A stretch of 62,305 nucleotides of DNA, the filler included, from Choristocarpus tenellus KU-1152 (taxonomy: Eukaryota > Protista > Phaeophyceae): assembly GCA_964200185.2 (NCBI GenBank). It is 11 parts of 11 records of this genome, joined end to end, with 100 filler letters (N's around TTAATTAATTAA, not from the genome) between each part and the next. Parts side by side here need not be neighbours in the genome. Positions count along the whole stretch, not along the records: positions 59,312 to 62,305 come from CAXNAD020023066.1; 10 more parts are not named here. One strand, written 5' to 3'. The translations under genes and the position numbers were made by a program. This document shows, piece by piece, positions 60,551 through 62,305 of the stretch. The notes under the pieces are model-generated. The model made no database searches, had not been told where the DNA came from, and saw only the letters and a program-made list of their open reading frames with translations. Every line of letters starts with the position of its first letter. Positions within the stretch are counted from its first letter, which is position 1.

Positions 60551-62074
60551 AGACAGGTTTTCTTATTTGTTTTATTTTTATACCGCGTTATCGCTCAGCT
60601 TGTCACTATGCTGCATAAAATCTATGACTACTCATATTGACATGACCATTGATTCACAGGGTGCCTATGACTAATAAACGTCCCATTACTAGCCTCGTAC
60701 CTTCCACTCGTGTCCCTTGAATGGGGCAGTCACCTCTACATCATCCTACGATGAGCCCACGCTTTTCGATTTTTCTTGCCATATGGGTTGGGGTGAACGA
60801 TATAGGCAGCGGGAAAACAACTCACGCACTCTATCACCAATTGATATAGACCTGAAATCTGCCCCAGCTCTACATTTCAAGCAATATCTAAACTGCACTT
60901 ACCCTACAACATTGTCGCAGGTACACTACTCCTACCTTGACTCATTATCCTTTCTCTTTTTATCGTGAACTCCATGGGATAACCATCTTTGTCACATAAA
61001 CGGCACATTCTACTACTCGTCCCCATCTACCCCTTAGACCGTAACTCTGGCAGGACCCTCAACCCTTTTCCGTCCTGCTGTGTGTACCAACCTACAAGGC
61101 ATTTGTGTTAATAACCTACAGTATTAACACGTATTCCCACCTCTGCCAAGACCACTACCGTTGGAATTGCCCTGATCCATTATTTACACGTCTATCCTGT
61201 TTCACTCCACCGTAACACCATTAACATTGTTGTCAGTCCTTCCTTATTTCTTCTTCTATAGATTTCCTCGGATACCCTTTGCATCGTGTCTGCATCTCCC
61301 ACTTAACTACACATGTCCCATTCCTACCATGCACTTATCTATGACGTTTTTCATCGTCACAGTCATCATCCCCCGTGCCTTGTGGACTTTCCCTACCATT
61401 TGTATATCTTGTTCTTAAGCATCCCCCCTTTTCCACAGGGCCTTTTCTCTTTCAACTATAGGAAGGATTGCTCGGGTTGTGCCTTGATCCATTCCGATGA
61501 AAGCTTGCTCGGAGGTTGTCTTGTTCTAGCCCCCTCCTCGTCTTGTACTACCAGCCCTCGGTTTTCTTCACATATTGGCCATTCCTTCTTACCTTGTGCC
61601 TCCACCTACCAACTATTTCTTTAATTTCTCTCCTGCCTCTTCTACCTCCTAATCACTCAGTACTTAACTCTTCGTTCACCCCCTGCCTACTATTTATTTT
61701 TCCTTCCTCACATCTCCCTCCCCTCTACTACTTTACCACCAGATTTCTTCCTCCTTCAAAACTCAGATTACTTCATAAACCTTGCCCTTGACAGTCGCCT
61801 CTAAGATCAGACCGGTCTTGATATATTTGGAAAAGATTGGGCAACGAGCTTAATGACAATGAGCATATCAAATGAAAGTTCTTGGTCGAAGCTATCGACT
61901 TATTCAAAGGAATTTTTTCGGAAATTTATTTTGGTAAGGTTAAATTTTAACCGGATGTTTTCAGCACAACATTGGAAATGTTCCGGAATGAATGATCACG
62001 ACCAAAAATATTTTCCCGAAAACATTTATTTACAGCAGTCGATAGCCTAGATCCAGAGCTTTCATTTGATATGC

Positions 62075-62305
62075 AGTTTGTTTTGCTCACGAATTCTGGA
62101 TTATTATTTTTCTCTTATTTTCTATTTTTTCATTCCTCCCTAATCCTCTCCTCTCCCTATTCTAACCCCCCTTGTGATCAACCAGGGCAAAACCCCTTTG
62201 CCACTGATTTCCAGCCACCCCAACTCTGATGACCAACGAGGACAAACCCCTTTTGCCACTGATTTCCAGTCACTCCTTCCATCCGATGACCACCCGGGCG
62301 AACCC
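62075..62305 (-). repeat. Reverse copy of the 3195-3690 minisatellite-bearing element
   Basis: ttttgctcacgaattctggattatta and cccttt(t)gccactgatttccag(c/t)cac units. Confidence 0.85.

Noticed and set aside
59312-62050. Short hydrophobic ORFs in the last contig
   Set aside because: Pyrimidine-rich noncoding-like sequence with no motif support.

Overview
This is eukaryotic draft-genome DNA, not one continuous locus. Eleven contigs are joined by artificial 100-bp linkers (N44-TTAATTAATTAA-N44) at 6475, 15868, 25974, 29525, 34998, 39328, 42917, 46704, 49772 and 59212, so gene neighbourhood can only be read within a contig. GT-AG intron-rich genes, interstitial TTAGGG runs and the protein content suggest a stramenopile, possibly a brown alga (inference only). 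Gene models spliced by hand: a METTL6/METTL2-type tRNA m3C methyltransferase (3' part); a coiled-coil protein; a compact cluster of cutC, a DUF1990 gene and a bacterial-type alkaline-phosphatase-superfamily gene; a divergent GT2 enzyme with chitin/hyaluronan-synthase-like motifs; an alpha/beta-hydrolase-like gene; a low-complexity R/G/E-rich gene with a GC-AG intron; an eIF4B/4H-like RRM gene; and an ankyrin gene. Mobile DNA includes two decayed Copia elements, a pogo/Tigger-like element with TIRs, a mariner relic, and about 20 full or partial MITEs in three families. These MITEs share related GAG/GGG/GGC-type termini, and several have 4-bp TSDs (Sola2-like). The most notable items are (1) the HAS/CHS-like GT2 gene, (2) an inverted MITE pair enclosing a Sola-like transposase fragment, suggesting that the MITEs are self-mobilising long TIRs, and (3) telomeric hexamers inserted into MITE ends.
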